A stretch of 64,000 bases of DNA from Candidatus Margulisiibacteriota bacterium (GTDB lineage Bacteria > Margulisbacteria > Marinamargulisbacteria > JBFWNS01): contig JBFWNS010000004.1 in the NCBI GenBank assembly GCA_050250935.1, positions 64,001 to 128,000 on the forward strand. Reading direction: 5' to 3'. Position numbers and translations under genes: made by a program. Shown one piece after another: positions 1-9,394 of the stretch; position 1 is the stretch's first letter; every line of letters starts with the position of its first letter. The notes beneath the pieces were generated by a model. That model searched no databases and was not told the origin of the DNA. It was given only the letters and a program-made list of their open reading frames with translations.

Positions 1-23
1 TCCTAGAAAAAAAGGAGCCTTCC

Positions 24-1226
24 ATGAAAAAAATCAGCCCTATCCTTGCCCTGGTCGTTTTAGCCCTCACTAGTCCGCTTCAGGCACAAAATATTGAAGC
101 CGGACCTGGCTTTGCCATTAAATCCAACTCCGGGGATTTTTCCCTGCGGTTTAGAACCCTGGTGAATGTGGATTCCCGAACCTTTTTAACAGACACCGAC
201 AAAAATGCCTCGGCCTATCTGGTACGAAGCGCAAGACCTTCTTTGGAAGGGGTGGCCTATAAGATTGTTCAATTTAGGCTGGTGCCCGACTTTGGCAATG
301 GCGCCACTGTCCTTCAAGACGCCTATATCGAAACCCAATTTAGCCCACAGTTTAAACTTCGAACGGGAAAGTTTAAGGTTTCCGTTGGCCTGGAGCGGCT
401 TCAAGCAAGGTCCGATGTTCGGTTTGCAGAACGGGGATTTCCAACCAGCTTTTTACCCAACCGAGACAGTGGCATTCAAGTGAGTGGCGAAACCGATACT
501 TTGCAGTATGCTGTCGGGATTTTTAATGGCCAATCCGACAACGTCACAACCGATGGCGACACTGGGGCCGGCAAAGATTTGGCCTTTCGATTGTTTATCA
601 CCCCTTTCAAAAACGGCATTACGCCTGATTTGGAAGGCCTAGGGTTTGGGTTTGGCTATGATACTGGCGATCAAACTGGTGGAACCTCATCTTCGTATAA
701 ATCCCTGGGGCAACGAACGATGTTCAGCTATACGGGCGGTGTTACCACCGGAACCCGATACCATTTTTCCCCTCAAATTTCCTACTATAACGGCCCTTTT
801 GGTTTTTTTGGGGAATGGGCCCAAAGTTCCCAAGTGCTGCAACTGGGCGGAACATCCAACCGTATTACCCACAACGCCTGGCAATTGCATGGCGAATGGA
901 TACTAACTGGCGAAAACGCCTCGTTTAAAGCCCTCAAAATCAAAACGCCTTACGACCCAACCAAGGGAACCTGGGGCGCCCTAGAGTTGGTGGGCAGGAT
1001 CAACCAAGCCAATTTCGATTCTGCTGCCTTTGATTCTGGTTTCGCCAGCGCCAGTACCAGCGTCAAACGGGCAACGGCTGTGGGGGTTGGACTAAATTGG
1101 TATCTGAACCCCGCCTTGCACTACAGCATTGCCTATGAACACACGGTTTTTGAAGGCGGTTCAACCGGCAGCAGCAACCGGAACGATGAAAAACTGTTAA
1201 CCCTCAGTACCCACTTATCGCTATAA
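24..1226 (+). CDS. Phosphate-selective porin O/P family outer-membrane protein (possibly sulfate/anion porin)
   Basis: Signal peptide; OprP-like motifs (DAYIE, GKFKVSVGLERLQ, GAxELVGR, GLNWYLN); AAGGAG RBS; next to sulfate cluster. Confidence 0.85.
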   Translation: MKKISPILALVVLALTSPLQAQNIEAGPGFAIKSNSGDFSLRFRTLVNVDSRTFLTDTDKNASAYLVRSARPSLEGVAYKIVQFRLVPDFGNGATVLQDAYIETQFSPQFKLRTGKFKVSVGLERLQARSDVRFAERGFPTSFLPNRDSGIQVSGETDTLQYAVGIFNGQSDNVTTDGDTGAGKDLAFRLFITPFKNGITPDLEGLGFGFGYDTGDQTGGTSSSYKSLGQRTMFSYTGGVTTGTRYHFSPQISYYNGPFGFFGEWAQSSQVLQLGGTSNRITHNAWQLHGEWILTGENASFKALKIKTPYDPTKGTWGALELVGRINQANFDSAAFDSGFASASTSVKRATAVGVGLNWYLNPALHYSIAYEHTVFEGGSTGSSNRNDEKLLTLSTHLSL

Positions 1227-1340
1227 ACACAGGCGTTTTTTTAATAACACAAATGCATAGCAAAACAATCAATTTATAGCCCAAAGCGAAAATGCCAAAG
1301 ATGGCGTGACTCAGCAGGGGCTTATGGTAAACTGTTGGAC

Positions 1341-2327
1341 ATGCCTTCCTATGAAAACTTGGTTTCCGAGAACATTTTATACCTTCCTATTTTACAAAAA
1401 CGACTTCATGTAAACCCAACGACCGTCTCTCTCTCTCGAAAAAAAGTTCATATTCCCATCGACGATACCGTCGTCAATGTGTGGCTGAAGGGTCCCGAAT
1501 CCAAGTCCATCGAAGCACTTGGCAACGCCATGGCAACACTTGCCCTAGCCTTTTGCCAGATGATTAACAATGGCCAAGGCAAAACCAGCGTTTCCCAAAA
1601 AACAAGTCCCAGCGACCTGGTCACCGAAATGGACCGCGGCATCGAAATGCTGATTCGGCTTTGGCTGAACCGGTTTTTCCCAGACCACAAAATTATCGGC
1701 GAAGAAGGTCCCAAACCCCAGGTCGCCCCCGATTCGGTGATCTGGTATCTGGACCCCATCGATGGGACCACCAACTATGTGGAAGGCCGCAAAAACGTCT
1801 CTTTACACATCGGCTCTACCCACTTGGGCAAACCCTTTATTAACCTGGTGGGACTGCCCTTTGAAAACACGGTTTTTTTGCGTATCGGTCAAGAAAAACA
1901 GGTCTGGGTTATCACCCCAACGTCCAAAAAAATCTTAGACCCCCCAACACCCCCACCAAAACCCATTTTCGGCACCGAATACATGGATAGCCGGCAAACC
2001 GAAGCCAAACACTTCGCCGCCCTAACACGCAAGCACAACGCCTCTCCGCTTCGGGTTAAATCGATTGGAGTGAATATTTTGCAACTGCTGTTAGGCCGTT
2101 CAAGCTTATTTTTTAAACCCAAAGCCAAACCCTGGGACTACATGGCCCCGTTTGGACTTCTGGATGCCTACTCGGACCATATCGCTTTATCCCTGATTCC
2201 TTTGGACAGCAAAACCCCCATCTCCCCCTTTTCCAACGACCCTGCTTTTTTGGATTTTGTGAACCGAAAGCTCAAAACCAATTCCAGACTCGGCTTTGTT
2301 CAGGCCGAATTTAAAACCTACAAATAA
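1341..2327 (+). CDS. Inositol monophosphatase family protein (CysQ/SuhB/HisN-like)
   Basis: DLVTEMD, IIGEE, WYLDPIDGTTNY and KPWD motifs; ATG at 1341 chosen over TTG 1335. Confidence 0.85.
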   Translation: MPSYENLVSENILYLPILQKRLHVNPTTVSLSRKKVHIPIDDTVVNVWLKGPESKSIEALGNAMATLALAFCQMINNGQGKTSVSQKTSPSDLVTEMDRGIEMLIRLWLNRFFPDHKIIGEEGPKPQVAPDSVIWYLDPIDGTTNYVEGRKNVSLHIGSTHLGKPFINLVGLPFENTVFLRIGQEKQVWVITPTSKKILDPPTPPPKPIFGTEYMDSRQTEAKHFAALTRKHNASPLRVKSIGVNILQLLLGRSSLFFKPKAKPWDYMAPFGLLDAYSDHIALSLIPLDSKTPISPFSNDPAFLDFVNRKLKTNSRLGFVQAEFKTYK

Positions 2328-4090
2328 TATTCGGGGGAAAACACCTCGCGCTGCAGCAATTGCAAGAGCTGCTCGACAACCTGATCGCAAGACCCGCCAA
2401 CCACTTGGGCATGATCCAACTGGGCTTTATCCCCAACCGAAACCACCAGCATGTCGTAGGGCTGAATAAAGGTTTTAAGCAAGTTTCCTTCTGCATCCGA
2501 AAGATCCGGCAAGGCGCTAATCAACACCAAACCCGCATCGGCAAACCAATGGGCAGTTTTGGCCAATTGAATCAGCTGATCTTCCCGCTCGGTTTGTTCG
2601 GCATCCAACAAGGCTTGAAGCCCCAGGTAATACACGGATTTTCCAGCATCGTACAAGGCCTTTTCTACCTGTTTGGCAACGTCGGTCACAGCGGCATCGC
2701 CGGTAATGACAATCACTTTCGGTTTTTGGCCCAAACGGGTTGCCCGGTCTTGGGGTTTAACCAAGCTTCGATCCCAGTTCGCCATTTTGGCAGCGGCTTC
2801 TTCGAGGTAGGTTTGGGCTTGGGTGATGTTTTCCAGCACAATCCCCCCACCTGTAATTTCAAAATCATCAACCAAAACAAAGCGGCCTGTTTTATCCAAA
2901 TTTGAGGCCAAATCAAAGGCAATGGGCTGCACAGTTTGCAACACCACCTCGGCCACATCATGACGTTCCACTTCCCGCTTATTGGTTTCCGTGGACAAAT
3001 CCGAGGCATCCACCACCTGCAACACCTGTTTTAAATAAACAGTGGCTCGGCTTGTGCCCAATTTGAGCTTGTATTTTTTACCCATCACCAGGGGATTTTT
3101 GCCCAACCAAAACAGATTGGCTTTGAAGGTTGATCCCACCTGAGGGTGACGATTTTCCGATACCCGGCACATGATTTCACCCGGTTTTAAATACAATTGC
3201 GTGCTCATGGTAAAGCCAGTGGCCATCCCCGCCGACGCTTGGGTTTGAGCAGGGGTGTTAAACCCTTCGATGGATTGAATGTGGGTGCGTTTGCCAGAAG
3301 GGTAAAACACCACTTCATCCCCGACGTTTAAGGTGCCGGTTTCAACTGTCCCCGCGATAATGCGCCGGTCATCACCCGCCTCGGTGAATTTGTAGATATC
3401 TTGGACGGGGAAACGAAACGGCAGGGCTTCCGCACCCGAGGGCTTTTCAAACCCATCGACCGCTTCCACCACATTGGGGCCGGTGTACCAACCCATGCGA
3501 GACGATCGAGAGGCCAAATTATCCCCTTCTCTTGCCGCAATGGGAATAAAGGCTTTGGCTTGAACCCCAATCCGGTCCAAAAAGGCAGTATAGTCGGTTT
3601 GAATGCGATTAAAAACAGCTTGGTCGTAGTTCACCAAATCCATTTTATTGACCAACACCACCAATTGTTTAAGGCCTAAAAGCGAGGTTAAAAAACCATG
3701 CCTGCGGGAGTTTTCTTGAATCCCTTCATGGGCATCAATCAACAACAAAGCCGCTTCGGCCCGAGCTGCCCCAGTGACCATGTTTTTCAAAAATTCGATA
3801 TGTCCTGGCGCGTCCATGATGATGTAATGCCGTTTGTCGGTTTTAAAAAACACCCTGGCTGTATCGATGGTGATGCCTTGGGCTTGCTCGTCTTTAAGGG
3901 CATCCAGCAAAAAAGCATATTCAAAGGGCTTGGCATTGCGTTCGCAGGTTAAGCGCACTTGCTCCAACTTACCTTCCGGTAAAGAACCGGTGTCGGCCAA
4001 CAAACGCCCAATCAAGGTACTTTTACCATGATCAACGTGACCCAAAATTACGCAATTCAATTGTTCGTGACGGTGTTCTTGCAAGGACAT
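2318..4090 (-). CDS. cysN: Sulfate adenylyltransferase large subunit with degenerate C-terminal APS-kinase-like domain
   Basis: GHVDHGKST, EQAQGITID, DAPGH, NKMD GTPase motifs; C-terminal CysC-like region lacks P-loop. Confidence 0.93.
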   Translation of the reverse strand: MSLQEHRHEQLNCVILGHVDHGKSTLIGRLLADTGSLPEGKLEQVRLTCERNAKPFEYAFLLDALKDEQAQGITIDTARVFFKTDKRHYIIMDAPGHIEFLKNMVTGAARAEAALLLIDAHEGIQENSRRHGFLTSLLGLKQLVVLVNKMDLVNYDQAVFNRIQTDYTAFLDRIGVQAKAFIPIAAREGDNLASRSSRMGWYTGPNVVEAVDGFEKPSGAEALPFRFPVQDIYKFTEAGDDRRIIAGTVETGTLNVGDEVVFYPSGKRTHIQSIEGFNTPAQTQASAGMATGFTMSTQLYLKPGEIMCRVSENRHPQVGSTFKANLFWLGKNPLVMGKKYKLKLGTSRATVYLKQVLQVVDASDLSTETNKREVERHDVAEVVLQTVQPIAFDLASNLDKTGRFVLVDDFEITGGGIVLENITQAQTYLEEAAAKMANWDRSLVKPQDRATRLGQKPKVIVITGDAAVTDVAKQVEKALYDAGKSVYYLGLQALLDAEQTEREDQLIQLAKTAHWFADAGLVLISALPDLSDAEGNLLKTFIQPYDMLVVSVGDKAQLDHAQVVGGSCDQVVEQLLQLLQREVFSPEYYL

Positions 4091-4971
4091 TACATATACC
4101 CTTCTTTTCGTAGGCTTTCCAATCCACCGCCATCTTCTTTGTCCTGGGCGCGCCCAGACCGTTCGGCAATGTTGGCAAATTTACCTGTTCGTAGCTCTTC
4201 GATAATTTCTTTGACGTTTTTAGAGGTGGAATTCACCGGCGTGGTGCAAGGCGCGCAGCCCAAAGACCGATACCGTTTCCCTTCGCCCTGATCAAAATAC
4301 AAACTCACCACCGGAATATTTTCGCGGTCGATGTATTCCCAAATGTTAAGCTCTGTCCAATCCAACAGCGGATGAATGCGAACGTGGGTTCCCGGTGCAA
4401 AGTCTGTCTTGTATTGATTCCACAGCTCGGGCGGTTGGTCGCCAATGTCCCAATCGCTTTGTTTGTCTCGGGGCGAAAACACCCGCTCTTTGGAACGGCT
4501 GCCTTCTTCATCAGCGCGGGCGCCTACGATCACGCCGGTAAACGGTTCGATGTTTTTATCAACCTCATACTGCCCCGTCGTGTGGTTCAACCGATGTCGG
4601 GGCCATTCGCCAGACAAGGTGTGTTTTAACGCCTCGGCTTTCAACGCTTTGCAGCAGGCAATGCGGTCGATTTTACCGTTTGGAAAGGTCATCCCCGCAT
4701 CCAAAGCCGCCCGATTTTCCCCCACAATCATGGTCAGGTTCCATTCTTTGGCAAACCGGTCCCGATATTCGATCATTTCTGGGATTTTATAGGAGGTGTC
4801 GATATGCACCAAGGGAAAGGGCACATGGCCCAAAAACGCCTTACGGGCCAACCACAGCAACACGGTGCTGTCTTTGCCAATCGACCACAACATGCCCAGA
4901 TTTTTGAAGCTTTTGTAGGCTTCTCTGAAGATATAAACGCTCTGCGATTCTAAACGGTCAAGATAGTTCAT
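4090..4971 (-). CDS. cysD: Sulfate adenylyltransferase small subunit
   Basis: SIGKDS PP-loop, [22 protein letters not shown] end; start moved to MNYLDRLE because the upstream extension is a DNA repeat. Confidence 0.93.
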   Translation of the reverse strand: MNYLDRLESQSVYIFREAYKSFKNLGMLWSIGKDSTVLLWLARKAFLGHVPFPLVHIDTSYKIPEMIEYRDRFAKEWNLTMIVGENRAALDAGMTFPNGKIDRIACCKALKAEALKHTLSGEWPRHRLNHTTGQYEVDKNIEPFTGVIVGARADEEGSRSKERVFSPRDKQSDWDIGDQPPELWNQYKTDFAPGTHVRIHPLLDWTELNIWEYIDRENIPVVSLYFDQGEGKRYRSLGCAPCTTPVNSTSKNVKEIIEELRTGKFANIAERSGRAQDKEDGGGLESLRKEGYM

Positions 4972-4978
4972 TTGTATG

Positions 4979-5090
4979 TCACAAATGCACAGCATTTGTG
5001 GGTCGGCATTTGGAATGAATCCAAATCCCTCGCGCTGCGCGGCCTTTCTTTTATTGTTATCACAAATGCACAGCATTTGTGGGTCGGCAT
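4979..5090. repeat. Two identical 31-bp direct repeats (4979-5009, 5060-5090) with CACAAATGC-ACA-GCATTTGTG hairpin
   Basis: Read directly; third copy of the 26-bp core at 10647-10672. Confidence 0.95.
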
Positions 5091-5109
5091 ATTGTCAAAA
5101 TTGGCCATT

Positions 5110-5835
5110 TTAAGTGGCTCCCCCTGTTTGGGCCCGATCCTGAACATGCAATCCACATTCTTTGCCGTCTGGGTTCTCCCACCACCACCGACCCGCGCGA
5201 AGATCTTCGCCAGGCTTAATGGCCCGGGTACACGGTGCGCAGCCGATGCTGGGATAGCCTTGTTTGTGCAAATAGTTCACCGGGACATCGTGGGTTTTGA
5301 CATAGTCCCAAACTTGCTCGGTGGTCCAATCGGCCAAGGGGTTCAGCTTGATTAAACCATGCGCCTCGTCCCACTCCACCTTGGGCAGGGTGGTTCGGGT
5401 AACGGCTTGTTCGCGGCGCAACCCGGTGATCCAGGCTTTGGCCCCAGACAAGGCCCGTTTAAGCGGTTCTACTTTGCGGATGTGGCAACATTCTTTGCGG
5501 TTTTCAACACTTTCAAAAAACGAGTTTGGGCCTTTTTGACGCACCAACGCCTCCACAGCCGCCGCATCGGGAAAATACACCTCGTGGCGGATGCTGTATT
5601 TGGCTTGGGTCAGGCCCATCACCTCGTAGGTTTCTTGGTGAAGCCGACCGGTATCCAGCACAAAAATGCGGGCTTTGGGATTCAGCTTCACCAGCATATC
5701 GGTCAGCACCTGGTCTTCGACGCCCAGGCTAGAGGCCAACAGCAAACCGTTGCCAAATTGGCCGATGGCCCATTCCAAAACAGCTTGTGGCGATTGCGCT
5801 TCGAAATCATGATTAAGTGAGTCAAAATCGGTCAT
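5110..5835 (-). CDS. cysH: Adenylylsulfate (APS) reductase, thioredoxin-dependent, 4Fe-4S type
   Basis: LDTG, ECCHIRKVEPL, SIGCAPCT, GRWWWE, KECGLH; start overlaps sulfite reductase stop (TAATG). Confidence 0.92.
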   Translation of the reverse strand: MTDFDSLNHDFEAQSPQAVLEWAIGQFGNGLLLASSLGVEDQVLTDMLVKLNPKARIFVLDTGRLHQETYEVMGLTQAKYSIRHEVYFPDAAAVEALVRQKGPNSFFESVENRKECCHIRKVEPLKRALSGAKAWITGLRREQAVTRTTLPKVEWDEAHGLIKLNPLADWTTEQVWDYVKTHDVPVNYLHKQGYPSIGCAPCTRAIKPGEDLRAGRWWWENPDGKECGLHVQDRAQTGGAT

Positions 5836-8171
5836 TATTTTTTCTCGATTTGAACCACCCAATGTGCGCCGTCTTGTTCTTGTTTCAACACCTTGTGACC
5901 TTCCAACTTCACAGAATTGGGCACATTTTGGATGGGTTCGCCGTCATCCAGTAAAATTTCCAATTTGTCCCCGGATTTCAGGGTTTCCAAGACCAACTTG
6001 GTTTTGACAAAGTTCATCGGACAAGCCACACCGCGGAAATCTTTTTTGAGCATCTCGGCAACAGCCGTGGTGCCTTCACCCGCTTTGGGTTTGAACCGCA
6101 ACGAATCGTCCATGTTTTTGTAAAGTTCAACCACTTCATCGGCCAACTTCACAATAATGGCTTCGTGTTTGGGCAATTCGGCTTTAAGACCCAATTTGGC
6201 CAAGGTCAGCACATCGTTAAATTCAGCAGAAATCAAATTGGTTTCAACGAAATGTTTTTGGAACACCGCAATGGCCGAGGTTTCGTCTTTGGAATCCAAC
6301 CCACGGGTCACCAACAACATGCGAGAGGCATGGAAGGTTAGCTTGTAAAGAATATCCTGTTTTTCAGCGTCGTTTTGGGCGGCAGACAAGGCTTTTTTAA
6401 GGGTTTTGATGGCTTTTTCGTCCACTTCGATCATGTCGAACATCCCAGCCGAACATTCTGCGGTTCCCAAATCGTCCAAAGACAGACGTTTTTTAGCACC
6501 AAAATCGGTGTAAAACTTGGGATCTTGGGCAAAATCAGGCACCTCTCTGTATTTGTCGCAAAGGGTTTTGATTAAGGTTTTGCCTTCGGCTTCCAAAAAA
6601 GCTTTGTAGGTGGGGAATTCCGCTTTTTTAGGAATATACGCTTCCAAAAAGTCATGCACAAAATTGGGAATGTGATGGGCTGCAATTTCGTCGACTTTTT
6701 CGGCATATTTGGTTTGGCCTGGGGTTCCCACTTCGGCACCGGCTAGCACGTTGTAGGCGGGGTACATATCCCCACTTTTACGGCCAACTTTGCCAAAGAA
6801 ACCCAAATCGGCAATGTGGTGCATCCCGCAAGTGTTGGGGCAACCGGACATGTTTACCCGCAATTCGGGAATGGCATCCAAATTCAAGCTGCTGTTTACC
6901 ACACGGTCGCGGATGGCATCCGACAAACCACGGGGCAAACAAATGCCCAATTTGCAGGTGGAAGCCCCGGTGCAGTTAATCATGTTGCTCACAAAAAAAG
7001 CTTTGTCGGCCAGGGTTTGCTTCATGCTTTTAATCACCGTAAACACGTTGCCCAAATAGGCTTCTGGAATGTTGCGCAACCTAATGTTTTGAGAACGATC
7101 GCATCGCATGGTGTTTTCGCCGATTTCATCCAACAAATCGCAAAGTTTATTGGCATCATCAAACAAAATATCCCCCAATTGCAAAGGCAAGTGAACCGAA
7201 AACAAACCGGGTTGTTTTTGGGCAAACACAAAGCGGCTTTTCCATTGCTCGAATTCAGCGCCACTGGCCTGAACGGGTGCTAGGGTAATGTTGGCTTTGG
7301 GGGCGTTTGGAATGGGCTCCAACACCAAATTTAAGGACGCATCATCTTTGATTTGATCGTATTCTTCGCGGAACAAACGCATAAATTCGTCGCGTTCTAG
7401 TTTGGCCCACAAAAATTTGATGCGGTTGGCATAGCGGTTGCGTCGGTTGCCGTGTTTATCAAACATGGTTTTGATGGCGCGGGTTACATGATACACCTGG
7501 GTGTCGGGAATAAACCCAAACAATTCGTGGCCAACCATGGGCTTGGCACCCATCCCGCCAGCGCAATAAACCATAAACCCTTTTTGGCCATTTTGAATGG
7601 TCGCCACAAACCCCAAACAGGTGGATTGGGTAAAGGCCGTGTCTTTTTCTGAGTTGGAAAACGCAATTTTGAATTTACGGGGCAAATTCCAAGAATCGGG
7701 CTCATGAATCAAACGGGTGGTTAAGGCACTGGCATACGGATCCACATCAAACGATTCATCAGGTGCAATCCCAGAATCCACAGAGGTCAAAATGTTGCGA
7801 ATGGTGTTTCCCCCGCCGCCACGGGTACTAAGCCCAACAGTGTGGAGCCCCCGAATGACTTTCATGATGTCCTGCAACAAAACTTCGTGAATTTGAACTT
7901 CTTGGCGGGTGGTGAAATGCACTTCGCCGTTGCCGTACAACTTGCCCATTTCAGCCGTTTTACGCAACTGCGCTGGGGTAATACCACTGGCCGCACAGCG
8001 AATCCGAACCATGTACGTATGCAATTGGCGTTGTTCGTAAATCCCGTGGGCCACACGAATGGCCTTAAACTTCACAGGGTCGATGTTACCCAAAGCAAAC
8101 TCTTGCAAATCTTTCTCAAATTGATCTTGTTCTTCAACCAGAACAGCGGGGGTTTCGTAAAATCTAAGCAT
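5835..8171 (-). CDS. sir: Sulfite reductase (siroheme/4Fe-4S) with C-terminal TusA/SirA domain
   Basis: GIYEQRQ, TTRQ, LPRKFKIA, CTGASTC...SGCPNTC; C-terminal ACPMNFVKTKL. Confidence 0.88.
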   Translation of the reverse strand: MLRFYETPAVLVEEQDQFEKDLQEFALGNIDPVKFKAIRVAHGIYEQRQLHTYMVRIRCAASGITPAQLRKTAEMGKLYGNGEVHFTTRQEVQIHEVLLQDIMKVIRGLHTVGLSTRGGGGNTIRNILTSVDSGIAPDESFDVDPYASALTTRLIHEPDSWNLPRKFKIAFSNSEKDTAFTQSTCLGFVATIQNGQKGFMVYCAGGMGAKPMVGHELFGFIPDTQVYHVTRAIKTMFDKHGNRRNRYANRIKFLWAKLERDEFMRLFREEYDQIKDDASLNLVLEPIPNAPKANITLAPVQASGAEFEQWKSRFVFAQKQPGLFSVHLPLQLGDILFDDANKLCDLLDEIGENTMRCDRSQNIRLRNIPEAYLGNVFTVIKSMKQTLADKAFFVSNMINCTGASTCKLGICLPRGLSDAIRDRVVNSSLNLDAIPELRVNMSGCPNTCGMHHIADLGFFGKVGRKSGDMYPAYNVLAGAEVGTPGQTKYAEKVDEIAAHHIPNFVHDFLEAYIPKKAEFPTYKAFLEAEGKTLIKTLCDKYREVPDFAQDPKFYTDFGAKKRLSLDDLGTAECSAGMFDMIEVDEKAIKTLKKALSAAQNDAEKQDILYKLTFHASRMLLVTRGLDSKDETSAIAVFQKHFVETNLISAEFNDVLTLAKLGLKAELPKHEAIIVKLADEVVELYKNMDDSLRFKPKAGEGTTAVAEMLKKDFRGVACPMNFVKTKLVLETLKSGDKLEILLDDGEPIQNVPNSVKLEGHKVLKQEQDGAHWVVQIEKK

Positions 8172-8173
8172 AT

Positions 8174-8584
8174 TTATTCTCCTATTTTTTCTAAAACAAC
8201 ACGGTCAATATGAATCTCGGCGTCTGTTTTTCGGATTTTATACCCTTTCACATCGGCCTCGGGATTCATGAGCGATACAATAATGTACACCATGTTCGGG
8301 TCGTTTAAGAGGCGTAAATCCTCTTCGGACAACCGAGCCGGGCTTTCGGGATGACTGTGATACACGGCCATCACCTGCAAACCCGCCGCACGGGCCTGTT
8401 TGATCGCGGCAAATTGCTCTTTGGGATCAAAGGAAAAATGTTCGGGACTGGCATCCACATTGGTCATGGGATAAAAAGTGGTAATCGTGTCGTTTTGACC
8501 GGCCAAATACCCACAGGTTTCGTTGGGCAATCCAGCTTTGGCGTGGGCGACGATTTCATCATAGATGGTGTTTAAAATGTTCAT
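8174..8584 (-). CDS. JAB/M67 metallopeptidase (HcyD/Mec-like)
   Basis: PNETCG and YHSHP...SEED JAMM motif. Confidence 0.9.
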   Translation of the reverse strand: MNILNTIYDEIVAHAKAGLPNETCGYLAGQNDTITTFYPMTNVDASPEHFSFDPKEQFAAIKQARAAGLQVMAVYHSHPESPARLSEEDLRLLNDPNMVYIIVSLMNPEADVKGYKIRKTDAEIHIDRVVLEKIGE

Positions 8585-8586
8585 GG

Positions 8587-9393
8587 TTAGTGCTTTCTTA
8601 AATCGCAAACGGCTTGTTCATAGTCCACCAACGAGGTGATTTTGGGATTCTCACCGCAAACAGGACAGTTTGGTTTTTTCTTGAGTTTTACAGTTCTGAA
8701 GTTCATGTTGGCCGCGTTAAAAATCAGCATGCGGTTGGTCAGCAAATCGCCCACACCGGTGATAAATTTTAGGGCTTCGGCGGCTTGAATCGTACCCAAC
8801 ATACCGGCAATGGCTCCCAAAACCCCGGCTTGGCTGCAGGTGGGAACGGCATTGGGAGGAGGAGGCGCATCAAACACGCAGCGGTAGCAGGCATGACCAG
8901 GCGTGTGGGTTAAGGTCTGACCATCAAACCGCAAAATCCCGCCATGAGAAAACGGCTTTTTGGCCATCACACACGCATCGTTAATCAAAAATTTAACGGG
9001 AAAATTGTCGGTGCCATCAATAATAAAATCATAATCTTTAATCAGGTCGTTGATGTTTTCGGCCAAGGCCAATTGGTAGTAGGTGTTCACCTTCACATCA
9101 GGGTTAATCTGAGCGATTTTTTCTTTGGCGGATTCCACTTTAGGCTTGCCCACATCGGGGGTAAAGTGAATGACTTGGCGTTGCAGATTGCTGAGATCCA
9201 CCACATCCCCATCCACCAAACCAATGGTGCCCACACCGGCCGCAGCCAGGTACAAGGCAATGGGCGCACCCAAACCGCCGGCCCCAATAATCAGGACTTT
9301 GGCGTTCAAAATTTTCTCTTGCCCCACCCCACCGATGTCTTTAAGCAGGATGTGTCGGCTGTAGCGTTCGATTTGGTCTTCGGTTAAGTTCAT
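8587..9393 (-). CDS. ThiF/MoeB/HesA adenylyltransferase (HcyF-like)
   Basis: RYSRH, GAGGLG, SNLQRQ, CYRC and CPVC. Confidence 0.92.
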   Translation of the reverse strand: MNLTEDQIERYSRHILLKDIGGVGQEKILNAKVLIIGAGGLGAPIALYLAAAGVGTIGLVDGDVVDLSNLQRQVIHFTPDVGKPKVESAKEKIAQINPDVKVNTYYQLALAENINDLIKDYDFIIDGTDNFPVKFLINDACVMAKKPFSHGGILRFDGQTLTHTPGHACYRCVFDAPPPPNAVPTCSQAGVLGAIAGMLGTIQAAEALKFITGVGDLLTNRMLIFNAANMNFRTVKLKKKPNCPVCGENPKITSLVDYEQAVCDLRKH

Positions 9394-9394
9394 T

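Noticed and set aside
4972..5076. N-terminal extensions of cysD (MLCICD...) and metY (MHLCLY...)
   Set aside because: They are translations of the intergenic repeat; family similarity starts at 4971 and 10627
4979..5090. Mini CRISPR array (31-bp palindromic repeat, 50-bp spacer)
   Set aside because: Only two tandem copies, no cas genes or leader, and the spacer's structure is conserved at the isolated third copy
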